64,000 nucleotides of DNA from positions 17,360,001 through 17,424,000 of the forward strand of contig JANJGN010000029.1 of the NCBI GenBank assembly GCA_026770705.1. Direction: 5' to 3'. Source of the DNA: Isurus oxyrinchus (lineage: Eukaryota). Shown one piece after another: positions 1 to 11,129 of this stretch (positions are counted from its first letter, which is position 1; every line of letters starts with the position of its first letter). The position numbers and the translations under genes were made by a program. Below the pieces are notes generated by a model. That model was not told the DNA's origin and did no database searches. It saw nothing but the letters and a program-made list of their open reading frames with translations.

Positions 1-104
1 TGAATGCCTTTAGGCACTGAGTTGCTACATGTTTTCAACCACAACCATGCCAAGTGTGTCCTTGCAACCAGGGCAACACACAGACAGTCCTGCAGAGGTT
101 GTTG

Positions 105-385
105 GATAGCAACTGACAACAACAACTTACATTTATAAGAAGCGCCTTCAACATCATTAAGTATCCCAAGGTGCTTCACAGGAGTGTTATCAAACAAACT
201 TCAATAGGAGCCACATAAGCTCGGTCAAAAAAAGAGGTTTTAAGGAGTGCCTTGAAGAAAAAGAGATGTAATATGGTGGAGAGGTTAAGGAAGGGATCTC
301 CAGAGCTTAGGCCCTTGGCAGCTGAAGGCAGAGCCACAAACAGTGCAGCATGGAACCACAAGAGGCCAGAATTGGAGGAGCACCG
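105..385 (-). mobile_element. L2-type LINE 3' end fragment
   Basis: acaacaacttacatttata...agcgcct tail on the reverse strand plus agcttagggcc...gcagctgaaggc. The same motif recurs many times in the window (e.g. 14400-14660, 28900, 35500). Confidence 0.6.
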
Positions 386-1271
386 AGGTTATAGGGAAGG
401 AGGGGATTACAGAGATGGGGAGGGGTAACCAGGAGTCATCTGCCATTTCCTCCTCCCAGTCAGGGATCCCAAGGCCCAATTTTACCAACTGTCAGCAGCC
501 AACTCAGTACAGGCTAGAGATCAAATCCAAGACTTTCCTAATCTCTGTCAGCTGGCTACTTTGTAAATTTGCTGAGCCATGCTCATTCTTCGTCTTTCAC
601 ACATTGTTCCCCAGGGTGAAAGGGCAGTAGGTTGATTCCCTGCTCATATACTTTTTCAAAAATCACACAATAGACAATCTCAACAGTAGGGCCGCTTTTC
701 AAATGACAACAAAGCATTCCCAATTCTGGAATGTTGAACACATCATTCAGCGAGCAGCTGAGAAATGCAGGTGAAGAAAGTGTTGGGGTTTATACCTGGC
801 CTGTTCCTGGTTAGTGCATCTTAGCCAGGGGGTCTTAGTAGTCAGCCTGACCACTCTGGGTCTGGAAGGTGCAAATAAGACAAACTCCCCAGCCATTACT
901 GCCTTTAGGTGGGGCCTGCTAGAAAGGTGTGTGTGGACTTTGAACCCAATCCATGTTCCGCCCAATGCCAAACAGGTCTTCTCAAGATCATGAGTCTCTT
1001 CAAGGGCTCCGTACAGCAACAGATGGTCAATTTCCTTACTGAATGATTGGGTGGGAGACTCAGGGGGTTTGCACTAGTGCATTAAGCAGTTAACCAAAAG
1101 CCCAATTCCAGGTATCATTGGACATCAGGCATCATTACAGGCTGTCCACCAATATCCAATCATCCAAGGATAAGTTTATTCCTAATGTGGAAGTCCTGCT
1201 TTCATCCAAATTGGTAACATGATGGCTGTGCACCCACTATGGGGGCCTGATTTCAACAGACCAGCACTCAC

Positions 1272-1682
1272 CTTTGATAATCACCTGTGTCACCTCAGGC
1301 ACCCCTTTAACTTCAGCTTTTATCTTGTTAACTGGGTCACAGAAATAGAATCCAGCATCTGACACAAGTAATTCTTTGATGCGGAGTTGGGCAGTGTGAA
1401 GGGAAGTAATCAAGCTCTCGTAACGTGAAGGGAGATGACATTGCTTTATGAAATCAAGAGTATTCACAATGACATGGGCATTTTTACGGTCTTCAGGATG
1501 TTTATAATGCAGCCATTTCACAAACTGTCGCTCAGCTACCATTCTTTTGGAGAAATTTGTGATCACTTTGGGTTCCAAAGTCGGCCTTTGGATGGAGTCT
1601 GCAAACTTGCAAGTGATTATCAAATCTTCCTTTATTACACCATAGGCTTTCTTTATAAGTTGTGCATTGCTGCTACTTTTCC
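1272..1682 (-). CDS. Ig V-set domain exon of an unnamed immunoglobulin-superfamily gene (partial gene)
   Basis: Open frame contains B-strand Cys (IITCKF), C-strand Trp (FVKWLHY), D-strand RY, E-strand AQLRIKEL and F-strand DAGFYFC (DxGxYxC). It is bounded by acceptor ttgttttccag| (exon starts 1682) and donor AAAG|gtgagt (exon ends 1272). The 411-nt phase-1/phase-1 structure is the canonical Ig-domain exon architecture. Confidence 0.88.
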
Positions 1683-1761
1683 CTGGAAAACAATTTAAAA
1701 TTAACAAGGGAATGGAATAGGTATTTAAAAATAATAAATCACCGCTCACGTCATCTCATTA

Positions 1762-1895
1762 CAAATGGAAAATACTGCGGGATGCTGAAAATCTACAATA
1801 TTAATAGACAATGCTAGAAATACTCAGCAGGTCTGGCGTCTGTGGAGAGAGAAACAAAGTTAATGTTTCAGGTCTGTGACATTTCACTGGAATCT
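1762..1895 (-). mobile_element. Old degenerate copy of the Penelope-type short element (family of 13335-13789 and 37068-37300)
   Basis: Shares actgcggatgctg..aatct / actcagcaggtctggc / gtt.atgtttc.ggtc. The hammerhead-like motif is decayed. Confidence 0.6.
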
Positions 1896-2059
1896 TTCAT
1901 CTGAATGGTCCATTTGCTAAGATAGGGGATGGATGTCAGCGCCTTCAGTCAGCACCTTCAGGACAGCCTGGTATTAATGAAGATTGAATTAAATCAATCT
2001 CAGGAGACTCTCAATAACACAGAGGCCACACAACAATCCCTGTGTGGGGAGCTGTCTTA

Positions 2060-2345
2060 GAGTGTGTTTGCTGATGATTGCACAGTTTTCTGTACCATTC
2101 ACAGCTCCTTAGACACTAAAGCAGCCCGTGCTCATATGCAGCAAGAATTGGACAACATTGATGCTTGGATGATAAATGGCAAGTAACATTTATGACACAC
2201 AAGTGCCAGGCAATGACCATCTATAAGAAGAAAGATTCTAACCATCTCTCCTTAACATTCAATGGCATTACCATCACTGAATACCCATCATCAGCATCCT
2301 GGGGGTTACCATTGACCAGAAACTTAACTGAATCAGCCATTTAAT
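2060..2345 (+). mobile_element. LINE RT C-terminal fragment (host element, continues at 4830-4970)
   Basis: tttgctgatgattgcacag (FADDCT RT motif) and ctggggttaccattgaccagaaact, also seen at about 29100. Confidence 0.65.
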
Positions 2346-4828
2346 AGACTCCAACATTTTCCCAATGACAGATGTTAAACTAACTGGCCTTTAGTTACCT
2401 GTTTTTTGTCTCCCTCCCTTTTTGAATAAGGGTGTTACATTGGCAGTTTTCCAATCCTCTGGGACTTTTCCAGAATCTAAGGATTCTTGGAAGATTATTA
2501 CCAGTGCATCCACTATCTCTGTAGCTACTTCCTTTAATATCCTAGGATGCAACCCACCAGGTCCAGGGGACTTATCAACCTTTAGCCCCATTAGTTTCCC
2601 TAGTATTTTTTCTCTAGTGATAATTATTGTATTTATTTCCTCTTTTGCCCCTTGATTATTTAGTATTTTTTAATGCTATTAGTGTCTTCTACCGTGAAGA
2701 CTGAAGCAAAGTATTTATTCAACCCCTCTGCCATTTCCTGGTTCCCCTTATTATTTCCCCAGCCTCATTCTCTAAAAGGCCTATGTTCACTTTGGCCTCT
2801 CTCTTCCTTTTTATATATTTAAAGATGCTCTTACTGTCCGCTTTTATATTGCTTGCTTGTTTACCCTCAAAGTTAACTTTCCCCCTCTTCATTATTTTTT
2901 GTTCATCTTTTGTTGGTTTTTAAAACTTTCCCAATCCCCTGGCTTACCACTAATCTTTGCCACATTGGATATCTTTTCTTTTAATTTGATACTATCCTTA
3001 AGTTCCTTGGTTAACCATGGTTGGTTTATCCCCTACCTTGAATCCTTCTTCCTCACTGGGATTATCTTTGTTGTGAGTCATGAACTATTTTGTTAAACAA
3101 CGGTTCATCAACCGTTTTTTCTGCTAAAATCCTATCCCAGTTCACTCCAGCCAACTCTGCCCTCAGTCCTCTGTAATTACCCTTATTTAAGTTTAGCAGA
3201 GTTGCTTCCAACCCAAGTTTCTCACTCTCAAACTGAATGCTAAATTCTACCATATTATGATCATTGTTTCCTAGGGGATCCTTTACTCTGAGATTAGTTA
3301 TTAAATCTGCCTCATTACACATTACCAGATCCAAAATAGCTTGATCCTTGGTTGGATCTACAAAATATTGTTCTAGGAAACTGTCTCAAATACACTCTAT
3401 GAACTCTTGCTCGTGGCCATCTCTGCCAATTTTATTTTCCCAATCTACATGAAGGTTAAAGTCACCCATGATTAAAGTACTGACTTTTTTACATGCCCTC
3501 ATTATCTCCTGATTTATTCTCTGTCCTACAGGAAAGCTTCTGGTCAGGGGCCTACAGACTACTCCCACCAGTGTCTTCTTCCCCTTGTTATTTCTACCCT
3601 CCACTCATAAGGATTCTACATCTTCCGATCCAAGATCTTTCTTGCTATTGCACTTATTCCATCTCGTACTAACAAAGCTACCCCACCACCCTTTCCTCCC
3701 TGCCTGTCCTTTCGAAAAGTCACATACCCCTGAATATTTAGTTCCCAGCTTTGATCTCCTTGTAACCATGTCTCCTTAATGGCTATAAGATCATACCCAT
3801 TAACCTCTATTTGTGCCATTAATTCATTTATTTTGTTCCGGATACTACGTGCATTTATGTAAAGGGCCATTAATTTTGCCTTTTTACCATTTTTCCCCCC
3901 ATTGACCCTATTTGCTGTTTTTTTAAGCTTGGACACTCTGTCCCTTCCTGTCACACCCTGGGTATTTTACCTAAATAGCTGCCCTGCAAGACTGCCATGT
4001 CCTTTTGCTTTGTAAGCCTACATATCCCCTTTCCAGAACCCTCTCCCATTCTCTTTGTTTTAAACCTCTCTCTATAGCCCCAGTTATTCAGTCTGTCAGG
4101 ACACTGGTCTCAGCACAGTTCAAATGAAGCCAATCCCACCAGAACAGCTCTCTTCTACCCCAGTACTGGTGCCAGCGCCCCATGAATTGAAACCCAATCC
4201 TCCCACACCAATCTTTGAGCCACGCATTTAACTCCTTGACTTTATTTACCCTATGCCAGTTTACCCCTGGCTTAGGTAGTAATCCAGAGATTAATGCCTT
4301 GGAGGTTTTGCTTTTTAATTTGGCTCCTAACTGTTCAAATTCTTTCAGCAGAACCTCCTTTCTAGTCCTATCAATGTCGTTGGTACCAACATGGATGACG
4401 ACAACTGGATCCCTCCCCTCCTGCTCCGAGTTCCTCTCCAGTCCTGAAGAGATGCCCTTAACCCTGGCACCGGGCAGGCAACGCAGCCTTCGGGACTCAC
4501 GCTCATGGCTGCAGAAAACAGTATCTATCCCCCTAATTATACAGTCCCCTACCACTACTACACTCCCATTTCCTCCCCCCATTTGAATGCTCCCTGTACC
4601 ACGGTGCTGTGGTCAGTTCACTCAACCTCCCTTGCAGTTCCTGCTCTCACCCACACAGCTTGTAAGAACCTTGTAACTGCTGGACAGTTGCAGGGGCCGA
4701 GAGTCCTTGAATGCTCCCCCCCGCCGTGTCGCCATACCTGCTTCACCTGCAGTCACACCCTCCTGTCCCTGATCATAGGCCAAATTTGAATTACTTAATC
4801 TGAGAGGTGTGACCACCTCCTGGAGCAA
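2346..4828 (-). mobile_element. CR1-clade LINE, decayed: ORF1 SGNH/GDSL-like esterase, ORF2 AP endonuclease and linker; truncated before the RT core
   Basis: ORF fragments VVVVGDCIIRG...HVGTND (esterase), LYINARSIRNK, IMGDFNL, DHNMVEF and KSPGPGGLHPRILKE...PEDWKTANVTPLFKKG, broken by stops and frameshifts. Confidence 0.93.
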
Positions 4829-4829
4829 G

Positions 4830-4970
4830 GGTGCACCTACATAATGTAGACTGCAACGGTTCAAGAAGGCAGCTCACCACCACCTTCTCAAGGGAAATTA
4901 GGCATGGGCAATAAATGCTGGCCCAGCCAGCAATGCCCACATCCCATGAACAATTTAAAAAAAATAAAAA
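4830..4970 (+). mobile_element. LINE 3' tail (shared with local SINEs)
   Basis: ggttcaagaaggcagctcaccaccacc...gggcaataaatgctggcc...cccacatcccatgaa followed by an A-rich end. Confidence 0.75.
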
Positions 4971-5367
4971 AGGTGTCTGGCACACACTGCAGCACCACAT
5001 CCTGTCGGTTTTCTCAGTGTATAGAAATACTACAAAACTCTAAAACACTGAAGTAAGATGAGAAGAAGCAATTTAAAAAGATGCAATCAAATATGTGAGA
5101 CTAAATGCAATTTACCCTCCCTCGTAGAGCAGTCCAACAGTTAGATAAACCCACCACGTTTCAGTCTTATTCCCAGGGTATCCCACTCCAAAGCGCACAA
5201 TAAAAAAAATCTGGTGACTTACTCAGCCAATTAGTCACAAATAATTTAAGAATAAATTAACAATTGCTCATTCCTGAGTGTAAATCCAAATACCATTGCT
5301 TTCCATTCGCCAAATTCCACTATCAACTGAATTTTTTTGATGCAGAGATAAAGAGTCAATTTTGTAC

Positions 5368-5431
5368 CTGCAAAATAAAGGTCAGTGAAGGACAAGTGCC
5401 AAGCCAACACGGAGAGGGCTAGACGATTCAT
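5368..5431 (-). CDS. Signal-peptide (leader) exon of the Ig V-set gene: MNRLALSVLAWHLSFTDLYFA-G
   Basis: ATG at 5431 (agcATGa), 21 codons of basic-then-hydrophobic leader, and a phase-1 donor GCAG|gtacaa at 5368/5367 that joins the V exon in frame. An acceptor tttcttttcctgcag| lies 57 nt upstream of the ATG, so the exon would start at 5488. Confidence 0.75.
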
Positions 5432-5944
5432 GCTTGTCTTTGCCGCTTTCTCTCTTCTACAAAGTAACTGTGTGATATTTACCTAAAACTGCAGGAAAAG
5501 AAACCCCAGTGATGGTGCAATTATTTATTGCACAGCTCATGTTCCCTTGTGCAATGGGCATGAGTCAATTATACCATAAGATTGAGCTTTTATTCCTGTT
5601 TTCATCCCAACATCTGTATAATTTTTAATGTCTCATTTCTGACAGCCACTGAGCTCTGGGCTCTCATGTTAACGATGGCAGAATGATGGAGGCGACAGGA
5701 ACCTTCACAAACAGCACCACTGACATGATATATGGACAACTCCATCCCTCCTGTATGGGCAATTTAGTAGAGATCGAGCAGCATCAATACCATTCCACAA
5801 CTGCTACCGGTACACAAATCAAGTTAGTCCCTTGTGGCAATACCAAGAACAGCACTAGCTTAACCAATTGAGGCAATTTGGTCCAAAGAAGGCCTTTATA
5901 GTCAAGACCTGTCTATTTCGAACTGTTGAGTTAGATTCCAGCTT

Positions 5945-6150
5945 GAACCATTGACAGACAAGAGCCAAACCAACCTAGAGAGAGCTACAAGATTCATGCT
6001 TGTGTGTGCTGCATTCCTCCCTTCTACAAAGTGACTGCATGCAATACATCTCAGTAATGGTGTAATTATTTGCTTTACAGTTCTTGTTCCTTTTTGTAAT
6101 GGGACATGATACAATTATACCATAAGATCCTGTTTTGATCCTGTTTTTTC
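5945..6150 (-). pseudogene. Diverged tandem duplicate of the leader exon and its upstream flank (MNLVALSRLVWLLSVNG...)
   Basis: Aligns by eye with about 5385-5605 (gattcatgcttgt, cttctacaaagt.actg, caattataccataagat). ATG at 5997. It lacks the polypyrimidine acceptor and the equivalent GT donor, and runs into a stop at 5904-5902. Confidence 0.65.
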
Positions 6151-8365
6151 CTGAATACTTGAGTTACAGAATATCCTATTTGGAATTTAAGTAGGAAAAC
6201 AGAATTACATTTGTTCCGCTCCTAGCCATCATCCAACAATGTAGATTATCTACGTGGACCCCCAATCCATTGGGAACGGTCTGTGGAGACCAAGTCTCAT
6301 CCGAGACAGAACCTATTACAGATTCTTAACCTCATTCTACAAGGCTCTATTTGGACATCATCCTCCACTCTATAGGGATTTGGTTACAGGCACCAAATCC
6401 AAATCATTGCAGTGTCTCGTGACAGACCTTAAGCCTGAGTCCATCTGTATCTGAAGCGTACGCATTGAACAAATGCTCATAAGGATTCTTGTTTCAGTTG
6501 GTGTCACAGCCACAGAACTATAAGGAATGATTAATCTTAGGCTGAACCAATGTGGTGTTCATTTGAGGAAGTACTGGAAGGTGTGACACAAACATTTACC
6601 ATCAATTTCCCAAAAGGATGACAAAAATAATGTGTTACGTATCATTGCCAAGTTGTTCATTGGTAGGATGGGTCCTGTAATTCATTCTAGCTCAGACAGC
6701 TTAGAGATTGACAATATCCTGGTAATCAATGCACAACTAATTAAACAACATTTGTAGCCCACTTCAAATTTCTGTGCCCTAGTACGAAATTAATATCGAT
6801 GCGTGCCAAAAACATCAGTGAAGCATCAACCCAGTGGGATCTAAGAGCTAGACATTGACCTCATCCAGTCAGAGCCTTAGGATGACTCATTGATAACCTT
6901 TAGAAGGCCCCTCAGAGAAATTTAGCTATTAATATTTGTATTTAGACTAGAAATTACAAGGTGACAAATGATTGCTTTTGTTCTGTCAGCCTGCAGAGGG
7001 AGCTCCAGTTGTCTTTGACTAACTAATCCCATTGAATACAGGAATGGGGTTCTGTGTTTGTGCGAGGCCATGAGGTCAGATTTGCTCTGCATTTGTCCTT
7101 CTCATTTCAACTTTCTAATCTAACTTAATTTGTCTTCAACAAGGATGGCTCAATTCATCTGGACATTGCTACCAGCTGCTGCTATGGTCTGTGCTCATAG
7201 CTGTCCTCTAGTGGGCGAAGATGGTACAGCCACTTGGGTCACACCAATCTGAGTCTGGTCATATTGGAGTGGTCCAGTGAGAATCAATGTTTCAAACCAA
7301 CGAACCTCGGCCCGGATTTTGTGGTCAGCAATGAAGGTGCTCATCGTTCATTCCACTGAAAACTGCCCACAACGTTTTCGCGAGCTTTAGAGTGTAAACT
7401 TGCTCTAATCTGGCATCTGTTTAAATGCATCATCCCCCACATGGGATCTCTGGTGCCTGCGAGCAGGACAAGAAACTGTGAAAACCCTTCAACCAACCAG
7501 ACTGAAGAAACCTCACTGAGCCACGCAGAGTCAAAACCAGGAAGTTAAAGCGCGAAGTATAAATTAGGTTTAATTCAGAAACAAGGTTCAAAACAAAGGT
7601 TGGGAAATACAGGGATTAATAGAGAGGGATAAAAGAGACAGACAGAATATGTTTTTTTTTAAGCAAGATCTAGTTCTCATAACACACTCTAACAGAAGTT
7701 ATCATGGAGTTACAGCTAGAACTTCAGCTGATTTCCCTTTCCCACTCCACCCCATCACTTCCCTAGCTTTGGGCAGAAGTAAAAGGACTTCTGTCAGGAG
7801 TGTGACCAACTAATGGATCTCCAACCAGGGCCAGGCTCCTTTTGCTACTGTTGACTCACTGCTGCACTGGGTAATGCGTTGAGCAGCTACACTGTCACAG
7901 TCCCATTTGATACACTAGCCCCAGATGTCCTTGAGCATGGACATTCCAAGGCAATTTTAGCCCTTAAATGGTGCTCGGACTAACCCACAAGGACAGGCTC
8001 CAATCAAGCCCAAATTCTTAGAATGTGAAAGAAAATATAGAGCAAACATGATTGAATGCCATACCTCAACATCTCAAAACTTCTCCACCTACAAATCACT
8101 ACAACTAAATTTACCATTTATTTTTATATATTCTTTCCCAATATAGTATCCTTACTATATAACTGTTCTAGAGGTTTTAGTTTACTTTTACTATGTCACC
8201 CAAATGTCAACCTTCATACTATTGGCAGCCTAGACCACCAGTAGGACATTATAGCTAATCCTGAATCAACATGCACACAGTGTTCACTTCCCAGAGCCAA
8301 TCGAAGCCAATGTCAGATCAGGCTGATCTGCCCTCTCATTGACCTCCTTGCTGCGGGGTACTTAC

Positions 8366-8599
8366 AGTATCCCAGCAACTACCCAGCTGATATTCAGCCC
8401 TTCAGCCGTGGTCACCTGTCTGGTTCAATGTCTTCATTGAATGAAAACTGTCATCCAAGGATGAAGCTGCTGATCTTGGCTTTTCTGAAAAGTGCTTCTT
8501 TTGCACAGATGATTTTCCCCTAGAAATTGGTTCAAATCTAAATACAATTTGCTTAATCACCTTAAAGCAATGCTTATTGCTCATTGGCTCCATAGCAAC
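8366..8599 (-). promoter_or_regulatory. Candidate promoter and 5' non-coding first exon of the Ig gene
   Basis: Minus strand has X-box-like GTTGCTATGGAGCC (8599-8586) overlapping CCAAT (8587-8583), then a consensus donor atact|gtaagt at 8366/8365. The leader exon has an acceptor and so needs an upstream exon. Inference only. Confidence 0.35.
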
Positions 8600-8870
8600 A
8601 CTGGTCCCCTGAGCAGACTGTCAAAATTATTTGTCATGCCCATGGATCCTATCCCCAAATTACTTACGGATATATTGAACTTTTAAATGAGATGTGCTTT
8701 TTTTTTTACAAAGGCATAAAAGCAAAAGCTGGCTGAGACTGCAAGGTAACCACTTGCTGGAAAATTTCTATGTGGATTACTTGACCAACTAATTCAAAGA
8801 GAACGGTGTGACACAGCCTACTTCAGTCTGAGGCACTTCAAAGGAAAATATACAACGTAAACCAAACCGT

Positions 8871-9441
8871 AATCACAGAATCACAGTACAGAAGAGGCCC
8901 TTCGGCCTCAAGTCTGCACTGACACGTGAGAAACACCTGACCTACCTACTTAATCCCATTTACCAGCTCTTGGCCCATAGCTTTGAATGTTATGACGCGC
9001 CAAGTGCCCATCCAGGTACTTTTTAAAGGATGTGAGGCAACCCGCCTCCACCACCCTCCCAGGCAGCGCATTCCAGACCCTCACCACCCTCTGGGTAAAA
9101 AAGTTTTTCCTCACATCCCCCCTAAACCTCCTGTCCCTCACCTTGAACTTATGTCCCCTTGTGACTGACCCTTCAACTAAGGGGAACAGCTGCTCCCTAT
9201 CCACCCTGTCCATGCACCTCATAATCTTGTACACCTCGATCAGGTCGCCCCTCAGTCTTCTCTGCTCCAACGAAAACAACCCAAGTCTATCCAACCTCTC
9301 TTCATAACTTAAATGTTTCATCCGTGCACCCCCTCCAGTGCAATCACATCCTTCCTATAATGTGGTGACCAGAACTGCACACAGTACTCCAGCTGTGGCC
9401 TCACCAAGGTTCGATGCAACTCCAACATGACCTCCCTACTT
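8871..9441 (-). mobile_element. CR1 LINE 3' fragment
   Basis: LSYEERLDRLGLFSLEQRRLRGDLIEVYKIM...TRGH...FFTQRVVRVWNALP is the CR1 ORF2 C-terminus, followed by a ttctgtga-type tail. Confidence 0.92.
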
Positions 9442-9896
9442 TTGGAGTTATATAGAATCTCCTGTGGTTGTAGAGATAATGGAAAATGAATACCATCTCA
9501 GCCAAAAATCACCTCCTGTTGAGTTATTTCATAGACTGTGAACATGAACTAAGTTGAAAAGAAAACAGATCTGGGTGAAAGGTGTGTTTGTTTTTTCTCC
9601 CTTCCAGGAACACACAAGGAAAAGGGTTTAAAAAGAGCCAACTGCAACCCTAGTTCTATGTGCAAGTTTGCTGTTCTGTTCTGGTGTGTGTGTTTGCTAT
9701 GAAGGTCACAGCTGTAGAACACCAACTGGGCACCCCTGCACTTGCCGGTAAAAGAAACTCTTTCTCTCTGGCTGCTGAAAACAAGTCACAAGTCAGCAAA
9801 GCTACAGTCGAAAAGGAAATAGGACAACTCCTCTCAGCTAATCTGCAGAACAAAGAATCTCCATACCAACAGTGTAGAACTTCAAAAGGACATTAA

Positions 9897-10710
9897 TTGA
9901 CACATTGGTGAATGAGCAGATAGGTCGGAGATGAAGTTCAATGCGGAGAGTTGTACACTTTTGGTACAAAGAACATGGAGAGACAGTATAAAATAAAGGA
10001 TACTATTCTAAAGAGTGTGCAGGAGCAGAGTGACCGGGGTACATAAGTCATTAAAGGTGGCAGGACAGGTGGAGAGAGCTGTTTCTAAAGCATACAGTAT
10101 TCTAGGCTTCATTAATAGGCACATAGAGTACAAGAGCAGGGAGGTTATGATGAACTTATATAAGACACCAGTTAGACCTCAGCTGGAGTACCATGTACAG
10201 TTCTGGGTGCACACTATAGGAAGGATGTGAACGCATTGGAGAGAGTGCAGAAGAGGTTTACGAGAATGGCTCCAGGGATGAAGAAAGATTGGAGGAGTTT
10301 GGATTGTTTTCCTTGAAGAGGAGAAAGCTAAGATGAGACTTGATAGAAGTTTTCAAAATCATGAGGGGTCTGGACAGAGTAGAAAGGGAGAATCTGTAAA
10401 TGTAAACACTCGTAAACAGATTGAGAACCAGAGGGCACAGTTTAAGTGTTTTGCAAAACAAACAAATGCGAGGCGAGAAAAATCTTTTTCACACTGCGAG
10501 TAGTTAGGGTTTGGAATGCACTGCCTGGAAATCTGGTGGAGGCAGGTTTGATTGAGGCATTCAAGAGGGCATAGGATAATTATTTCAATAGAAACAATGT
10601 GCAGGGTTACGGAGAAAGGGCAGGAGATTGGCACGAAGTTAAAATGCTCAGAGAGCCAGTGCAGACATGATGGGCTGAATGGCCTCGTTCTGCACCGTAA
10701 CAATTCTGTG
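9897..10710 (+). mobile_element. CR1 LINE 3' fragment
   Basis: KAYSILGFINRHIEYKSREVMMNLYKTPVRPQLEY.VQFW and the 3' UTR gatgggctgaatggcct...attctgtga. Confidence 0.9.
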
Positions 10711-11129
10711 AACTGCTCAACTGCCAAAGCCAGTGCCACCGGAATCAACCCCAACTATCGAAAGGACTGAATAGTATATCTTTTTATTAACTTTTTTATT
10801 TGGACTCAATTTCTCATTTCTAATCTGTGTGTATGTGTGTTGCATTTGTATTATTTTTCCTCGCTTATGAGTAACTAATAAACTTATTTGTTTGTTGACT
10901 CAAGAAAGCCTGGTCAAATGGGCTCCTTTTAAAACAAATACATTTGGACTGGGAAAAGGTATCCATGAGGGAAGGGATCCTTTCCAAATTAACCTTGTTG
11001 CAACCATCCGAGGGCCTGAATAAAGAAGGGGAGCAGTTCATCTCTGCTCACCTGGGAGCATAACAATTTGGGGTACCTTTCTGGAATCATAACAATTTGG
11101 GGACCTCGCCCGGGAATCGGTTGTAAGAC

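Larger units (their letters stand above)
8632..11117 (+). mobile_element. LTR of an LTR retroelement (ERV/Gypsy-like) with tRNA-Pro-like PBS, split by two CR1 insertions
   Basis: TGTCATG at 8632 and CATAACA at 11059-11065 and 11088-11094 form TG...CA inverted termini. AATAAA at about 10877. TGGGGACCTCGCCCGGGAAT at 11098 resembles PBS-Pro TGGGGGCTCGTCCGGGAT. The left boundary is tentative. Confidence 0.6.

Noticed and set aside
747-1019. Next exon of the Ig gene
   Set aside because: No Ig or TM signature and no clear phase-1 acceptor; treated as intronic.
1200-1300. Rearranging Ig/TCR V segment
   Set aside because: The exon includes its own G strand and ends in a GT donor. No CACAGTG-spacer-ACAAAAACC follows the YFC motif.
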